DNA of 64,000 nucleotides from an uncultured Clostridia bacterium (GTDB taxonomy: Bacteria > Bacillota > Clostridia > Oscillospirales > Ruminococcaceae): contig CANQLI010000007.1 in assembly GCA_947624675.1 (NCBI GenBank), forward strand, positions 3,090-67,089. Direction: 5' to 3'. Position 1 is the first letter of the stretch. Every line of letters begins with the position of its first letter. The notes beneath the pieces were generated by a model. It did not search any database. It was not told the origin of the DNA and worked only from the letters and a program-made list of their open reading frames with translations. Below are positions 11,294-20,931 of the stretch, piece by piece. The translations under genes were made by a program, and so were the position numbers.

Positions 11294-12649
11294 CTATTCT
11301 CCGAAGCTTTTTCTTATGGCTTCTGCTATTGTCTTTGAATATTCAGTTATCTTTCCGAGATGCTTTCCCTCAAGCATAACTCTTACAAGCGGTTCTGTTC
11401 CCGACTCTCTTACAAGTATTCGCCCGTCATCTCCGAGCTTTTCCTTATACATCTCTATAAATTCGGAAACGCCCCTGTCAGTCTGCCACTTTCCCTTATA
11501 CTCGCTTTTTATCTTTACATTTTCCAAAACCTGTGGATATACCTCCATAACACTCGAAAGCTCGGAAAGCTTTTTCTTTGTCTTAGCCATTATCTCTAAA
11601 AGCTTTACTCCGGTCATTTCACCGTCTCCGGTATTTGCATAATCCAAAAGAATGATATGCCCCGACTGTTCTCCGCCGAGATTGTAACCGCCTTTTTTCA
11701 TTTCCTCAAGAACATATCTGTCTCCTACGCCCGTCCTCGCAATAACGACATTTTCAGCCTTAGCGTATTTCATAAACCCAAGGTTCGTCATAACAGTTAC
11801 CACACAGGTATTGTGATTGAGCTTTCCGCATTTTTTCATATACTTTGAAAAAATCGCCATAAGCTTATCTCCGTCAACTACCTCTCCGTTTTCGTCAACA
11901 GCAAGACATCTGTCGGCATCTCCGTCAAACGCAAGTCCGGCGTGACACTTATTATCAACAACAAACTTTCTAAGTCCCTCAATATGTGTAGAACCGCAGT
12001 TTAAATTTATATTCGTTCCGTCAGGATCGTTGTTTATAAAGTAGCAGGATGCGCCAAGTCCTTGAAAAAGCTTTACGGCACATTCGCTTGAAGCTCCGTT
12101 AGCACAGTCAATAGCTACCTTTATCCCCCTGAGGTCGCCGTCGATCGCCTTCATAATATGTCGGATATAGTCCCACTGAGCATTTTTCTCGTATACGATC
12201 CTTCCTATATTCACACCGTCCTTAAGCTCTACCTTTTCGGGTGTGTCAAGAATAAGCTTTTCTATCTCATTTTCCACACTGTCGGGAAGCTTAAAGCCCT
12301 CGCTCGAAAACAGCTTTATCCCGTTATATTCTACCGAGTTATGAGATGCCGAGATCATAATTCCCGCATCCGCGTCATAGCTGTTTACCAGAACCGCAAC
12401 AGCGGGAGTTGGTATAACACCGAGAATGTGAGCGTCAGCTCCTACCGAGCATATACCTGCAACAAGCGCCGCCTCCAGGACATCACTTGATATTCTCGTA
12501 TCCTTTCCAACAATGATTTTTGCCTTTTGTCTTTTAGAGTGCTTGGTAAGCACCAAAGCAGCTGCCCTACCTATCTGCATAGCGGTTTCACAGCTAAGCT
12601 CCGTTATGGCGACCCCTCTTGCGCCGTCTGTTCCGAATAATCTACCCAT
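11294..12649 (-). CDS. glmM: Phosphoglucosamine mutase GlmM
   Basis: 451 aa. Phosphoserine loop SASHNSVEYNGIK, Mg site FDGDADR and sugar loop GGEQSGH. Confidence 0.95.
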   Translation of the reverse strand: MGRLFGTDGARGVAITELSCETAMQIGRAAALVLTKHSKRQKAKIIVGKDTRISSDVLEAALVAGICSVGADAHILGVIPTPAVAVLVNSYDADAGIMISASHNSVEYNGIKLFSSEGFKLPDSVENEIEKLILDTPEKVELKDGVNIGRIVYEKNAQWDYIRHIMKAIDGDLRGIKVAIDCANGASSECAVKLFQGLGASCYFINNDPDGTNINLNCGSTHIEGLRKFVVDNKCHAGLAFDGDADRCLAVDENGEVVDGDKLMAIFSKYMKKCGKLNHNTCVVTVMTNLGFMKYAKAENVVIARTGVGDRYVLEEMKKGGYNLGGEQSGHIILLDYANTGDGEMTGVKLLEIMAKTKKKLSELSSVMEVYPQVLENVKIKSEYKGKWQTDRGVSEFIEMYKEKLGDDGRILVRESGTEPLVRVMLEGKHLGKITEYSKTIAEAIRKSFGE

Positions 12650-12706
12650 TTTGTCATTTTCCTTTCTGTGTTCTCTGTTCTTTTATTCGTATATAATTTT
12701 ATTTGT

Positions 12707-13306
12707 TTATCTTCCCGAAAGCACCTTAAGCGCTCCCTTTATAAGCTCAGATACGGACATTGTCTTATCTAACCTTGCAACTGCGCCCATAGCCTCCGAC
12801 CTTGAATATCCAAGCGATGTAAGCGCTAAAACAGCCTCCTCGGTATCAGGCTGTACATCGGCAGGAAAATCGGAATATACTGTATCCGACAAAAGGTCGG
12901 TCTCCTTAGAAACCTTATCCTTAAGCTCAAGTATTATTCTCTGTGCAACCTTTGGACCTACGCCCTTTGCCTTTGTAAAAGCCTTTTGATCTCCTGATGC
13001 AACCGCTACGGCAAAGCTCTGTGGGGTAAGCGCCGATAGTATCGCAAGTCCCGCTTTAGGTCCCACTCCCGAGACAGAGATCAAAAGTTCATATGCCTTA
13101 AGCTCATCATAGCTTGAAAATCCAAAAAGCGAAATATCGTCCTCTCTTACAGAAAGATGAGTATACAGAGTTACCTCATCGTTTTTAACACTTATATCGC
13201 CAATCGTTGTCAGCGTTGTATTAACCATATAACCTATCCCACCGCACTCGATAACGACAAAGTCACCGCCGGTATAGGTTATTTTTCCTCTTATGCTGTA
13301 TATCAT
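12707..13306 (-). CDS. ruvA: Holliday junction DNA helicase subunit RuvA
   Basis: 199 aa. OB-fold N-terminus (MIYSIRGKI), two HhH motifs (GVGPKAGLAILS, GVGPKVAQRIILEL) and a C-terminal domain III. Confidence 0.94.
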   Translation of the reverse strand: MIYSIRGKITYTGGDFVVIECGGIGYMVNTTLTTIGDISVKNDEVTLYTHLSVREDDISLFGFSSYDELKAYELLISVSGVGPKAGLAILSALTPQSFAVAVASGDQKAFTKAKGVGPKVAQRIILELKDKVSKETDLLSDTVYSDFPADVQPDTEEAVLALTSLGYSRSEAMGAVARLDKTMSVSELIKGALKVLSGR

Positions 13307-13803
13307 AAAAACCTCTCCAGATTTTTCAATGTGTTAAAAGAAGAATGTCCGTGTGCGATAGCTATAGCCAGAGCATCGGCGGTATCATCAGGCTTTGGCA
13401 CCTGACTTAGCCCGAGTATCGACCTTGTAAGCTCTTGGACCTGTTTCTTTTCCGCCCTTCCGTAACCGACCACAGCCTGCTTTACCTGAAGCGGAGTATA
13501 TTCACTGACACTTATTCCTCTTTGAGTTGCAGAAAGAAGCGTAACCCCCCTTGCTTGTGCAACATCTATTACGGTCTTTTGGTTAGTGTTAAAAAACAGC
13601 TTTTCTATTGCCATCTCATCCGGCTTATATGTATCAAGAACCTCGCACATATCATCGTATATCGTTTTTATTCTAAGATCAAAGGGAGTGTTTGCGTCTG
13701 TTGTTATAGCACCGAAATCAACGATCTTAAACCTGTTTCTGTCATAGTCGAGTATTCCGAATCCGACAATGGCATATCCGGGATCTACTCCGATTATGCG
13801 CAA
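13303..13803 (-). CDS. ruvC: Crossover junction endodeoxyribonuclease RuvC (start re-called to TTG at 13803)
   Basis: RuvC N-terminus RIIGVDPGYAIVGFG. TTG is preceded by AGAGGGTGG. A TTGATT-17-TATAAT promoter lies inside the longer ORF-track version (to 13887), so the 28 extra codons are unlikely to be real. Confidence 0.88.
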   Translation of the reverse strand: MRIIGVDPGYAIVGFGILDYDRNRFKIVDFGAITTDANTPFDLRIKTIYDDMCEVLDTYKPDEMAIEKLFFNTNQKTVIDVAQARGVTLLSATQRGISVSEYTPLQVKQAVVGYGRAEKKQVQELTRSILGLSQVPKPDDTADALAIAIAHGHSSFNTLKNLERFL

Positions 13804-13843
13804 AATACCACCCTCTTTTCGGCTAACAATACATACATATAGT

Positions 13844-13872
13844 ATTATATCATAATGCTTATAAAAAATCAA
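13844..13872 (-). promoter_or_regulatory. SigA-type promoter of the ruvC-led array
   Basis: On the minus strand, TTGATT (13872-13867), a 17-bp spacer, then TATAAT (13849-13844). Confidence 0.55.
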
Positions 13873-13894
13873 GACACGGGTAGTCACCGATACA

Positions 13895-14052
13895 GTGACT
13901 TTTTTGAAGGTTTAGCATTTTAAAAATCATTTTTTAACCTCCCTCCACTAACAGTGCAAAATCAGGAAAAAATGTACGCAAACGTACATTCTTCAAAAAA
14001 TAAATACAATATATTTACAAATAATTCATAATATTCATAGTTTGTTCATACT
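13895..14052 (+). repeat. Dispersed intergenic repeat, copy A
   Basis: About 95% identical by eye over a core of about 110 bp to 46908-47016, and inverted relative to 26638-26785. Contains the hairpin GAAAAAATGTACG-CAAA-CGTACATTCTTC (13966-13994). Confidence 0.85.
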
Positions 14053-14187
14053 TTCCGTTTTCTTTAATGATCCTATGTCATAAACAGGAAATAAGCTTTG
14101 CATTTCAGGTAAAAGTCAGGTATACGCTTAATGTGTATAAATTATTATGTTCATTAACATCTAATTTCTCCGGCACACCTTTTTTAC

Positions 14188-14216
14188 TTGACATAATCGC
14201 CGTCATTATGTATAAT
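14188..14216 (+). promoter_or_regulatory. SigA-type promoter upstream of ilvB
   Basis: TTGACA (14188-14193), 17-bp spacer, TATAAT (14211-14216). Leaves a leader of about 145 nt. Confidence 0.6.
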
Positions 14217-14366
14217 TTAATAGTATTTGTTTATTGTTATACATATTGTTTTTAATGCTCACACATTTTCAACAAGGAGCGTCAGCAATAAATTGCAGCT
14301 CCCGAAATACTTAAATTCAGCCTTTATCGGCATAAATCAATTTCACTTCTTGAAAGGATGTTTAAA

Positions 14367-16055
14367 ATGAAGCTTACAGGTTCGGATATAATTCTTGAAT
14401 GCTTATTGGAACAAGGCGTCGATACCGTCTTTGGATACCCGGGCGGCGCTGTCTTGAACATTTATGATTCCATTTATAAATACCGCGACAGGATAAAGCA
14501 TATCATCACCGCTCACGAGCAGAATGCCTGTCACGCAGCAGACGGATATTCAAGAACGACCGGAAAAACCGGCGTTGTTATTGCGACTAGCGGCCCGGGA
14601 GCTACAAACCTTACTACCGGTATCGCTACGGCGTATATGGACTCTATCCCGCTTGTTGCGATAACGGGAAATGTTGCTACATCGCTTTTAGGTCTTGATT
14701 CCTTTCAGGAGGTTGATATTTGCGGAATAACTATGCCAATCACAAAGCACAACTTTATTGTAAAAGACATAACAAAGCTTGCTGATACTATCCGTGAAGC
14801 ATTTTATATCGCAAATGTCGGACGAAAGGGTCCTGTGCTTATAGATATTCCGAAAGATATTACAGCCGCTATGTGCGAGTATGAACGCAAAGAACCCAAA
14901 AAGGTCGTTTTTAAAAATCCTGATAATCTCGATGAGCAAATTAAAATTGCCGCAAAGCTAATAAATGATTCTGAGCGTCCGTTTATATATGCGGGCGGTG
15001 GTGTTGTTTCCTGCGATGCTACCGATGAATTTTCTGAGTTTGTTAGAAAAGTCAATGCGCCCGTTTCACTCTCTCTTATGGGACAGTGTGCATTTGATAA
15101 CACAAATGAACTTTATACCGGAATGCTCGGTATGCACGGCACAAAGTCCAGCTCACTAGCTCTTTCGGAGTGTGATCTGTTTATCGTTTTAGGCTCGCGC
15201 TTTTCAGACAGGGTTCTTTGCAACCCGAACACCTTTGCAAAGGGTAAAAAAATAATCCATATTGAGATCGACCCTGCGGAGATCGGAAAAAATGTCACGC
15301 CTACACATACAGTTTGCGGGGACATAAAGTACATACTCAAAATGCTTAACTCGTCTGTTGGACATTTGGATCACTCAAAATGGCTTAATCAGGTATTTGA
15401 GTGGAAAAAGCAATATCCTCTCACAATGTCTTATATAGACAACGAAAACGAGGTTTTGCCCAGCGATGTTATCGAAACTCTTGACAGACTTACAGACGGA
15501 AGCGCTATCATCACTACCGAGGTAGGACAGCATCAGATGTGGGCGGCTCAGTTTTATAACTTTAAAAATAAAAGACAGTTTGCTTCAAGCGGAGGCTTAG
15601 GCACAATGGGATACGGTCTTGGAGCGGCAATGGGCGCAAAGGTCTCTAATCCCGACAAAAAAGTTATAAATATAGCCGGTGACGGAAGCTTTTATATGAA
15701 TATGGCTGAGCTTTCATCTCTGAAAAAACACAACATTCCCGTTGTAGAGCTTGTGTTTTCAAACAGCGTTCTCGGAATGGTAAGACAGTGGCAGAGGCTT
15801 TTTTACAACAAGCACTTTTCTGAAACAAATATTGAACGGCCGACCGATTTTATGATGCTTGCTAAAGCTTTCGGCATAAAAGGCATTACAATATCACAAA
15901 AATGCGATATAGAGCCCGGACTTAAAGAGGCTCTTAGCTGTAACGAGCCTTGCCTTGTCAATGTCGTCATAAACAAGGATCACAATGTGCTACCTATGGT
16001 CCCAGCAGGAGCAGATGTAAGCGATCCGATAATGCAGATAGATATTACAGATTGA
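14367..16055 (+). CDS. ilvB: Acetolactate synthase large subunit / ThDP-dependent enzyme (IlvB-type)
   Basis: ThDP enzyme motifs GYPGGAVL, GLGTMGYGLGAAMGAK and GDGSFYMN. The ATG at 14367 has better RBS spacing (AAAGGA) than the ORF-track start at 14358. No small-subunit gene follows. Confidence 0.85.
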   Translation: MKLTGSDIILECLLEQGVDTVFGYPGGAVLNIYDSIYKYRDRIKHIITAHEQNACHAADGYSRTTGKTGVVIATSGPGATNLTTGIATAYMDSIPLVAITGNVATSLLGLDSFQEVDICGITMPITKHNFIVKDITKLADTIREAFYIANVGRKGPVLIDIPKDITAAMCEYERKEPKKVVFKNPDNLDEQIKIAAKLINDSERPFIYAGGGVVSCDATDEFSEFVRKVNAPVSLSLMGQCAFDNTNELYTGMLGMHGTKSSSLALSECDLFIVLGSRFSDRVLCNPNTFAKGKKIIHIEIDPAEIGKNVTPTHTVCGDIKYILKMLNSSVGHLDHSKWLNQVFEWKKQYPLTMSYIDNENEVLPSDVIETLDRLTDGSAIITTEVGQHQMWAAQFYNFKNKRQFASSGGLGTMGYGLGAAMGAKVSNPDKKVINIAGDGSFYMNMAELSSLKKHNIPVVELVFSNSVLGMVRQWQRLFYNKHFSETNIERPTDFMMLAKAFGIKGITISQKCDIEPGLKEALSCNEPCLVNVVINKDHNVLPMVPAGADVSDPIMQIDITD

Positions 16056-16073
16056 CAACACAGTATAATTTAA

Positions 16074-16102
16074 GCGGCACAAGCAGAATGTGCCGCTTTT
16101 TT
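16074..16102 (+). terminator. Intrinsic terminator after ilvB
   Basis: GCGGCAC-loop-GTGCCGC followed by TTTTTT. Confidence 0.75.
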
Positions 16103-16211
16103 CGACAGTGTTTTTGCTTTTATTCATCTAACGCTTTTTTTCCTTTCACATTTTTTACACAACGCTCCATTATAATTCCGATAGAAAATAATAATCGGCG
16201 GAGGTTTTATA

Positions 16212-18023
16212 ATGACTAAAAACAAAAAAATCATTCTTTTTTCTATGATAGCTGTTGCCGTTATTGTAGCATTATCTATATGTTTATATTTCGTTTTTAA
16301 CAGAGAAACCACAAGTAATTCTAAAGATAAGGCGGTTTTTGCTGAAAAGTCCGATCTCGCCCAAAAGGTTTTAGAGCAAACAGTGAATACAAATACACAA
16401 AACACCATAAGCCTCGGAGATGAAACAAACATAGCCGGCAGCGGTGCAGCGTTTAACAACGGGGTACTGACGATTTCAAACGGCGGAACATATCAGATAA
16501 GCGGCACACTTTCTGACGGATATATAGATGTTACGGCAAAGGACGAGGTAACACTTGTTTTTGATAATGTCAGCATAACAAATCCCGACGGATGCTGTGT
16601 ATATTCCGATGACGCAAAAACGCTCACTTTATACACAAAAAAAGGAACAGAAAACACTTTTACAGACGGCTCCGACTATCTGTCAACAGACGCTAAGGGA
16701 ACGATATTTTCAAATGACGATCTGGTTCTAGACGGAGAAGGAAAGCTCATTGTCAACGCAAACTACAAGCACGCAATAGCCTGTGACGATGAAATAGTAG
16801 TAAACGGAGGAGAATACCTCATTAATGCCGCTTATGACGGAGTACACGCAAACGAAATAATAACTCTCATCTCGCCGAGCATCACCATTTCATCACAGGG
16901 AGACGGGATACAGTCGGATCTATCGTCAGTTTCAATACTAGGCGGTAATATAGACATTACTACCGCAGGTGGAAGTGAGAATGCTCCCGTAAAGCAAAAC
17001 AACGACTTTGGCGGAAGATGGCAGACGGATTATGACGCAAAGTACACAGAGACCGAAGAAAATTCCGATTCTCCCCAAAGCTTTAAGGGCATAAAAGCCG
17101 AGGTCGCCGTTGACATATCCGACGGAAGCTTGACGCTTGACACCTATGACGATGCGATACACTCGGATAATTCAGTGACAATATCCGGCGGAAGTCTAAA
17201 TATAAATGCAGGTGATGATGCTGTTCACGGCGATGTTTATCTAACCGTTTCAGGAGGAGATATATCCGCAAATACCTGCTATGAGGGGCTGGAGGCAGGA
17301 ACGATCGAAATTAAGGACGGAAATATAAATATTAAAGCAACAGATGACGGAATAAATGCGGTCGAAAATGAATCCTCGACCGAGGACGATATGACAAACA
17401 GAGCTCCGTTCGGCGGAGGTCCGGCTATGGAGGGTTACGGCTCACTTATCATCAGCGGCGGAAATGTTGTTATTGACGCAGAAGGAGACGGTCTTGATTC
17501 AAACGCAACAATAGATATTTCTGGCGGGTATACTGTTGTTTACGGACCGGAAAACAGCGGCAACGGACCTCTTGACTACGGAACATCCTGTACAGTTACA
17601 AACGGAACACTTATAGCAGGCGGTTCTTCCGGAATGGCTCAGGCAACTGACGATAACGGTCAGAACGCACTTATGCTATACTTTGACAGCACGCTATCTT
17701 CTTCCGACTCTGTGACCGTAAATGATTCAGACGGTAAAGAGATACTCAAATACCACAGCGAAAAAAGCTATAACTGTATTCTGTTTTCATCACCAGAACT
17801 AAAGGAAAATGATACAGTGACGATCCTTGTGAATGGCTCTGAGAAAGGAGATGTCAAGATCGTCGGCGGAGTTTATTACGCAAATGTATCAGAAAGCGGG
17901 ATAACTGAAGCCCAGGGCGGCTTTGAGCAGCCCGGTATGGGAATGGGGCACGGCGAAATGAACAGAGGTATGGGAAAAGGTGAAATTGATAGAGGTCAGG
18001 GCGATTTTGTCAGACCGTTTTAA
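16212..18023 (+). CDS. Secreted or membrane-anchored beta-helix protein, Cthe_2159-type carbohydrate-binding family (by recollection)
   Basis: 603 aa. N-terminal TM/signal anchor and iterated turns of the form D.I.S...I.GG..I.A.DD..H. Gly/Met-rich tail. Confidence 0.65.
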   Translation: MTKNKKIILFSMIAVAVIVALSICLYFVFNRETTSNSKDKAVFAEKSDLAQKVLEQTVNTNTQNTISLGDETNIAGSGAAFNNGVLTISNGGTYQISGTLSDGYIDVTAKDEVTLVFDNVSITNPDGCCVYSDDAKTLTLYTKKGTENTFTDGSDYLSTDAKGTIFSNDDLVLDGEGKLIVNANYKHAIACDDEIVVNGGEYLINAAYDGVHANEIITLISPSITISSQGDGIQSDLSSVSILGGNIDITTAGGSENAPVKQNNDFGGRWQTDYDAKYTETEENSDSPQSFKGIKAEVAVDISDGSLTLDTYDDAIHSDNSVTISGGSLNINAGDDAVHGDVYLTVSGGDISANTCYEGLEAGTIEIKDGNINIKATDDGINAVENESSTEDDMTNRAPFGGGPAMEGYGSLIISGGNVVIDAEGDGLDSNATIDISGGYTVVYGPENSGNGPLDYGTSCTVTNGTLIAGGSSGMAQATDDNGQNALMLYFDSTLSSSDSVTVNDSDGKEILKYHSEKSYNCILFSSPELKENDTVTILVNGSEKGDVKIVGGVYYANVSESGITEAQGGFEQPGMGMGHGEMNRGMGKGEIDRGQGDFVRPF

Positions 18024-18039
18024 TAGCAAATGTATGTGA

Positions 18040-18077
18040 AAAAGCCGGGCTGCTTTAATTTTAGCAGCCCGGCTTTT
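18040..18077. terminator. Bidirectional terminator between the beta-helix gene and copA
   Basis: AAAAGCCGGGCTGC-loop-GCAGCCCGGCTTTT between convergent genes. Confidence 0.8.
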
Positions 18078-18085
18078 CCCGTCGC

Positions 18086-20590
18086 TCAGCTCATAGAAAT
18101 TACCTTGTATTCCTTATCCTCGACAGCCTTCTTAAGCTCCTGGTCAGAAACCTCTTTGTCAAGCGTTACTACTGCGGTTCCTGCCCTATGGCTTACCTCG
18201 GCACTGCTTACTCCGTCTACCGACTCAAGAGCCTTCTTAACGGTAGCCTCACAGTGCGAGCACATCATTCCTTCGATTACAAGCTTTTTTTCCATCTTTT
18301 TCACCACCTTTTTCTTGATTTTTATTTTTTTGTCTTTTTTGCTGCTGTACATTTTAAAGAAATTTAATCTTAATGCGTTTGTCACAACACAAAAGCTCGA
18401 CAGGCTCATCGCAGCCGCAGCGAACATAGGACTAAGCTTTATTCCCAATACAGCTGTAAATGCTCCGGCAGCAAGAGGAATTCCTATGATATTGTAAATA
18501 AACGCCCAGAAAAGATTTTCACGGATATTTCGCAAAACAGCACGGCTCAATCTTATTGCCGCCGGAACATCAGATAGTCTGCTCTTCATAAGGACTACAT
18601 CTGCGGCATCTATCGCAACATCCGCTCCTGTGCCTATTGCGATTCCTATGTCGGCACGGGTAAGTGCGGGAGCATCGTTTATTCCGTCTCCGACCATAAT
18701 TACTTTTCCCTTTTTTCTAAGGTCTCTTACAACGCTTTCTTTACCGTTTGGCATAACTCCCGCTATCACTTCGTCAACTCCTGCCTGAGCTCCGATAGCT
18801 TTTGCTGTCATTTCATTGTCTCCCGTAAGCATAATCACCTGTAAGCCCATATTCTTCATTTCCGCTACTGCGGTACGGCTTTCGTCTTTTATAGTATCAG
18901 CCACAGCTATTATTCCCAGAAGTTTTTCGTTTCTTACAAAGCACAGAGGTGTTTTTCCATTTTCGCTTAGCCTATCCGCCTGTTCCTTGTTAATGTCCGG
19001 CATTTTTACTATTTCTCCTACATACCTTACGCTTCCGCCGTACAGCCTGTCAGCTCCGACGCTGGCTGTCAGACCGCTTCCGGAAACAGCCTTAAAATCA
19101 GTTACATCATAGCTGTCCACACCGTTTTCCTCAGCATATGTGATAACAGACCTTGCGAGAGGATGCTCGCTTTGCTTTTCAAGTGAATAAGCATTTCTGA
19201 CAAGCTCATCTTCACTGACCCCATCAGAAGGTATAATATCCGTTACCGTAGGCTCGCCCTTGGTTATAGTTCCTGTTTTATCAAGCACAGCTATCTGTGC
19301 CTTACCCGTTTCTTCTAGTGACTGCGCTGTTTTAAAAAGTATACCGTTTTTTGCGCCCATTCCGCTTCCAACCATAATAGCAACAGGTGTGGCAAGTCCT
19401 AAGGCACACGGACAGCTTATAACAAGCACCGCTATACCTCTTACAAGCGAATCTCCTGCCGATCGTCCCAATATAAGCCAGATCAACACGGTGATAAGTG
19501 CTATTCCGATCACAAAAGGAACGAACACGCCCGAAACTTTATCCGCAGTCTTTGCAATAGGCGCTTTTGTAGCTGCGGCATCGCTTACCGTTTTGATTAT
19601 CTGTGACAGCGTCGTGTCCTCTCCTACTCTTTTTGCTTCACACTTCAAAAAGCCGGAGGTGTTTATAGTTCCGGCAAAAACACTGTCGGATACGACCTTG
19701 TCTTTAGGTATACTCTCTCCCGTAAGTGCGGATTCGTTTACTGCGCTCTCACCCTCAATAACTATTCCGTCAACAGGGATACTGCTTCCGGGGCGAACGA
19801 CAAACACATCGCCTTTTTTTACATCATCAACATTTATCTCTGTTTCTATGCCGTCTCTAATCACCATAGCAGTTTTAGGTGAAAGCCTTATAAGACCCTT
19901 TAGAGCATCTGTTGTCTTACCTTTAGATCTGGCTTCAAGCATTTTTCCCACTGTTATGAGCGCAAGTATCATAGCCGCAGATTCATAATAAAATTCGTGC
20001 ATATAGCTCATAACTAGGCTATGGTCGTTGTTTAGCTGAGCTGTCGTCATCGCCAAGAGCGCATATGTGCTGTAAACAAAAGCGGCAGTTGAGCCAAGCG
20101 CTACAAGAGTATCCATATTAGGTGAACGCTTTAAAAACGCTTTGAATCCACTTACAAAAAAGCGCTGATTTATTATCATTACTACCGCCGAAAGTATAAG
20201 CTCAGATAGCCCTATCGCGATATAGTTCCCGTCAAGAAAACCGGGCACCCACCATTCCCACATACAGTGCCCCATTGAAATATACATAAGCACCGCTAAA
20301 AAAACGACCGACCATATAAGACGCTTTTTAAGCTTCGGCGTTTCGGTATCCTTAAGCGGATCATCTGAGTTCTGTTTGCCTACTGCCGCCGGTTTATCAG
20401 TATAGGCATCATATCCTGCCGCCCTGACAGCATTTATAATGCTCTTATCATCGGCGTCTCCTTCAACCCCCATTGAATTTGTGAGCAGGCTCACAGAGCA
20501 TGACTTTACTCCATTGACCTTTAAGACTGCCTTCTCTACCCTGGCAACACAAGCGGCACAGCTCATTCCCGTCACAGTAAATTTTTTCAT
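18086..20590 (-). CDS. copA: Copper-translocating P1B-type ATPase with N-terminal and C-terminal HMA domains
   Basis: 834 aa with GMSCAACV, TGES, SCPCALGLATP, DKTGT and GDGINDAP. A Lys-rich linker is followed by an extra C-terminal HMA (GMMCSHCE). Confidence 0.95.
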   Translation of the reverse strand: MKKFTVTGMSCAACVARVEKAVLKVNGVKSCSVSLLTNSMGVEGDADDKSIINAVRAAGYDAYTDKPAAVGKQNSDDPLKDTETPKLKKRLIWSVVFLAVLMYISMGHCMWEWWVPGFLDGNYIAIGLSELILSAVVMIINQRFFVSGFKAFLKRSPNMDTLVALGSTAAFVYSTYALLAMTTAQLNNDHSLVMSYMHEFYYESAAMILALITVGKMLEARSKGKTTDALKGLIRLSPKTAMVIRDGIETEINVDDVKKGDVFVVRPGSSIPVDGIVIEGESAVNESALTGESIPKDKVVSDSVFAGTINTSGFLKCEAKRVGEDTTLSQIIKTVSDAAATKAPIAKTADKVSGVFVPFVIGIALITVLIWLILGRSAGDSLVRGIAVLVISCPCALGLATPVAIMVGSGMGAKNGILFKTAQSLEETGKAQIAVLDKTGTITKGEPTVTDIIPSDGVSEDELVRNAYSLEKQSEHPLARSVITYAEENGVDSYDVTDFKAVSGSGLTASVGADRLYGGSVRYVGEIVKMPDINKEQADRLSENGKTPLCFVRNEKLLGIIAVADTIKDESRTAVAEMKNMGLQVIMLTGDNEMTAKAIGAQAGVDEVIAGVMPNGKESVVRDLRKKGKVIMVGDGINDAPALTRADIGIAIGTGADVAIDAADVVLMKSRLSDVPAAIRLSRAVLRNIRENLFWAFIYNIIGIPLAAGAFTAVLGIKLSPMFAAAAMSLSSFCVVTNALRLNFFKMYSSKKDKKIKIKKKVVKKMEKKLVIEGMMCSHCEATVKKALESVDGVSSAEVSHRAGTAVVTLDKEVSDQELKKAVEDKEYKVISMS

Positions 20591-20604
20591 TTCACACCTC
20601 TTTG

Positions 20605-20907
20605 CTACTTCATAAGCTTTTGAATAAGCACCGTTAATTCATCAACTATCTGAGTATTTCCATCTTGTATATCACGCACTACGCACGAATGAATGTGGTT
20701 TGACAAAAGCTCTTTATTAAAGGAATTCATAGCCGCCGTTACCGCAGCGGATTGAGTTAAAATATCTGCACAGTACGCGTTGTTTTCCACCATTTTTCTT
20801 ATTCCCCGTATTTGACCCTCTATTCTGTTTAATCGGTTCACAAGACTTTTATATTCATTTTCCGGGCGGTCTGTCGTCCTTTTTATCTCACAACATCTTC
20901 TATCCAT
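20605..20907 (-). CDS. csoR: CsoR-family copper-sensing repressor
   Basis: CsoR signature LNRIEGQIRGI with the Cys...His-x3-Cys ligand set (YCADIL...HIHSC). The start at 20907 has a GGGGGA RBS; the ORF-track start at 20925 has none. Confidence 0.9.
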   Translation of the reverse strand: MDRRCCEIKRTTDRPENEYKSLVNRLNRIEGQIRGIRKMVENNAYCADILTQSAAVTAAMNSFNKELLSNHIHSCVVRDIQDGNTQIVDELTVLIQKLMK

Positions 20908-20931
20908 AATTATCCCCCTTTTCATAAATAT

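Noticed and set aside
13859-13930. 23-codon ORF with a strong GGAGGGAGG RBS inside dispersed-repeat copy A.
   Set aside because: The ATG reads ATT in copies B and C, and the frame closes after 1-7 codons there. The peptide is therefore not a conserved feature of the repeat.
13966-13994. Possibility that the repeat hairpin upstream of ruvC is a LexA/SOS box.
   Set aside because: The Firmicutes LexA box is GAAC-N4-GTTC. The repeat has TACG-N4-CGTA arms, and it also occurs at loci unrelated to DNA repair.
14255-14314. 19-codon leader ORF (MLTHFQQGASAINCSSRNT) upstream of ilvB, as a possible branched-chain amino-acid attenuation peptide.
   Set aside because: It has no run of Ile/Leu/Val codons and no alternative terminator/antiterminator pair. 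I also saw no T-box specifier or T-loop features.
19260-19988. 242-aa ORF antisense to copA. Similar long antisense ORFs occur at 7812..8297 in ruvB, 12513..12989 across glmM/ruvA, 18030..18497, 24487..24987 and 34937..35368.
   Set aside because: They lie wholly inside well-supported genes on the other strand, have Ser/Pro/Ile-rich low-complexity translations and have no RBS. They are frame-shadow artefacts.
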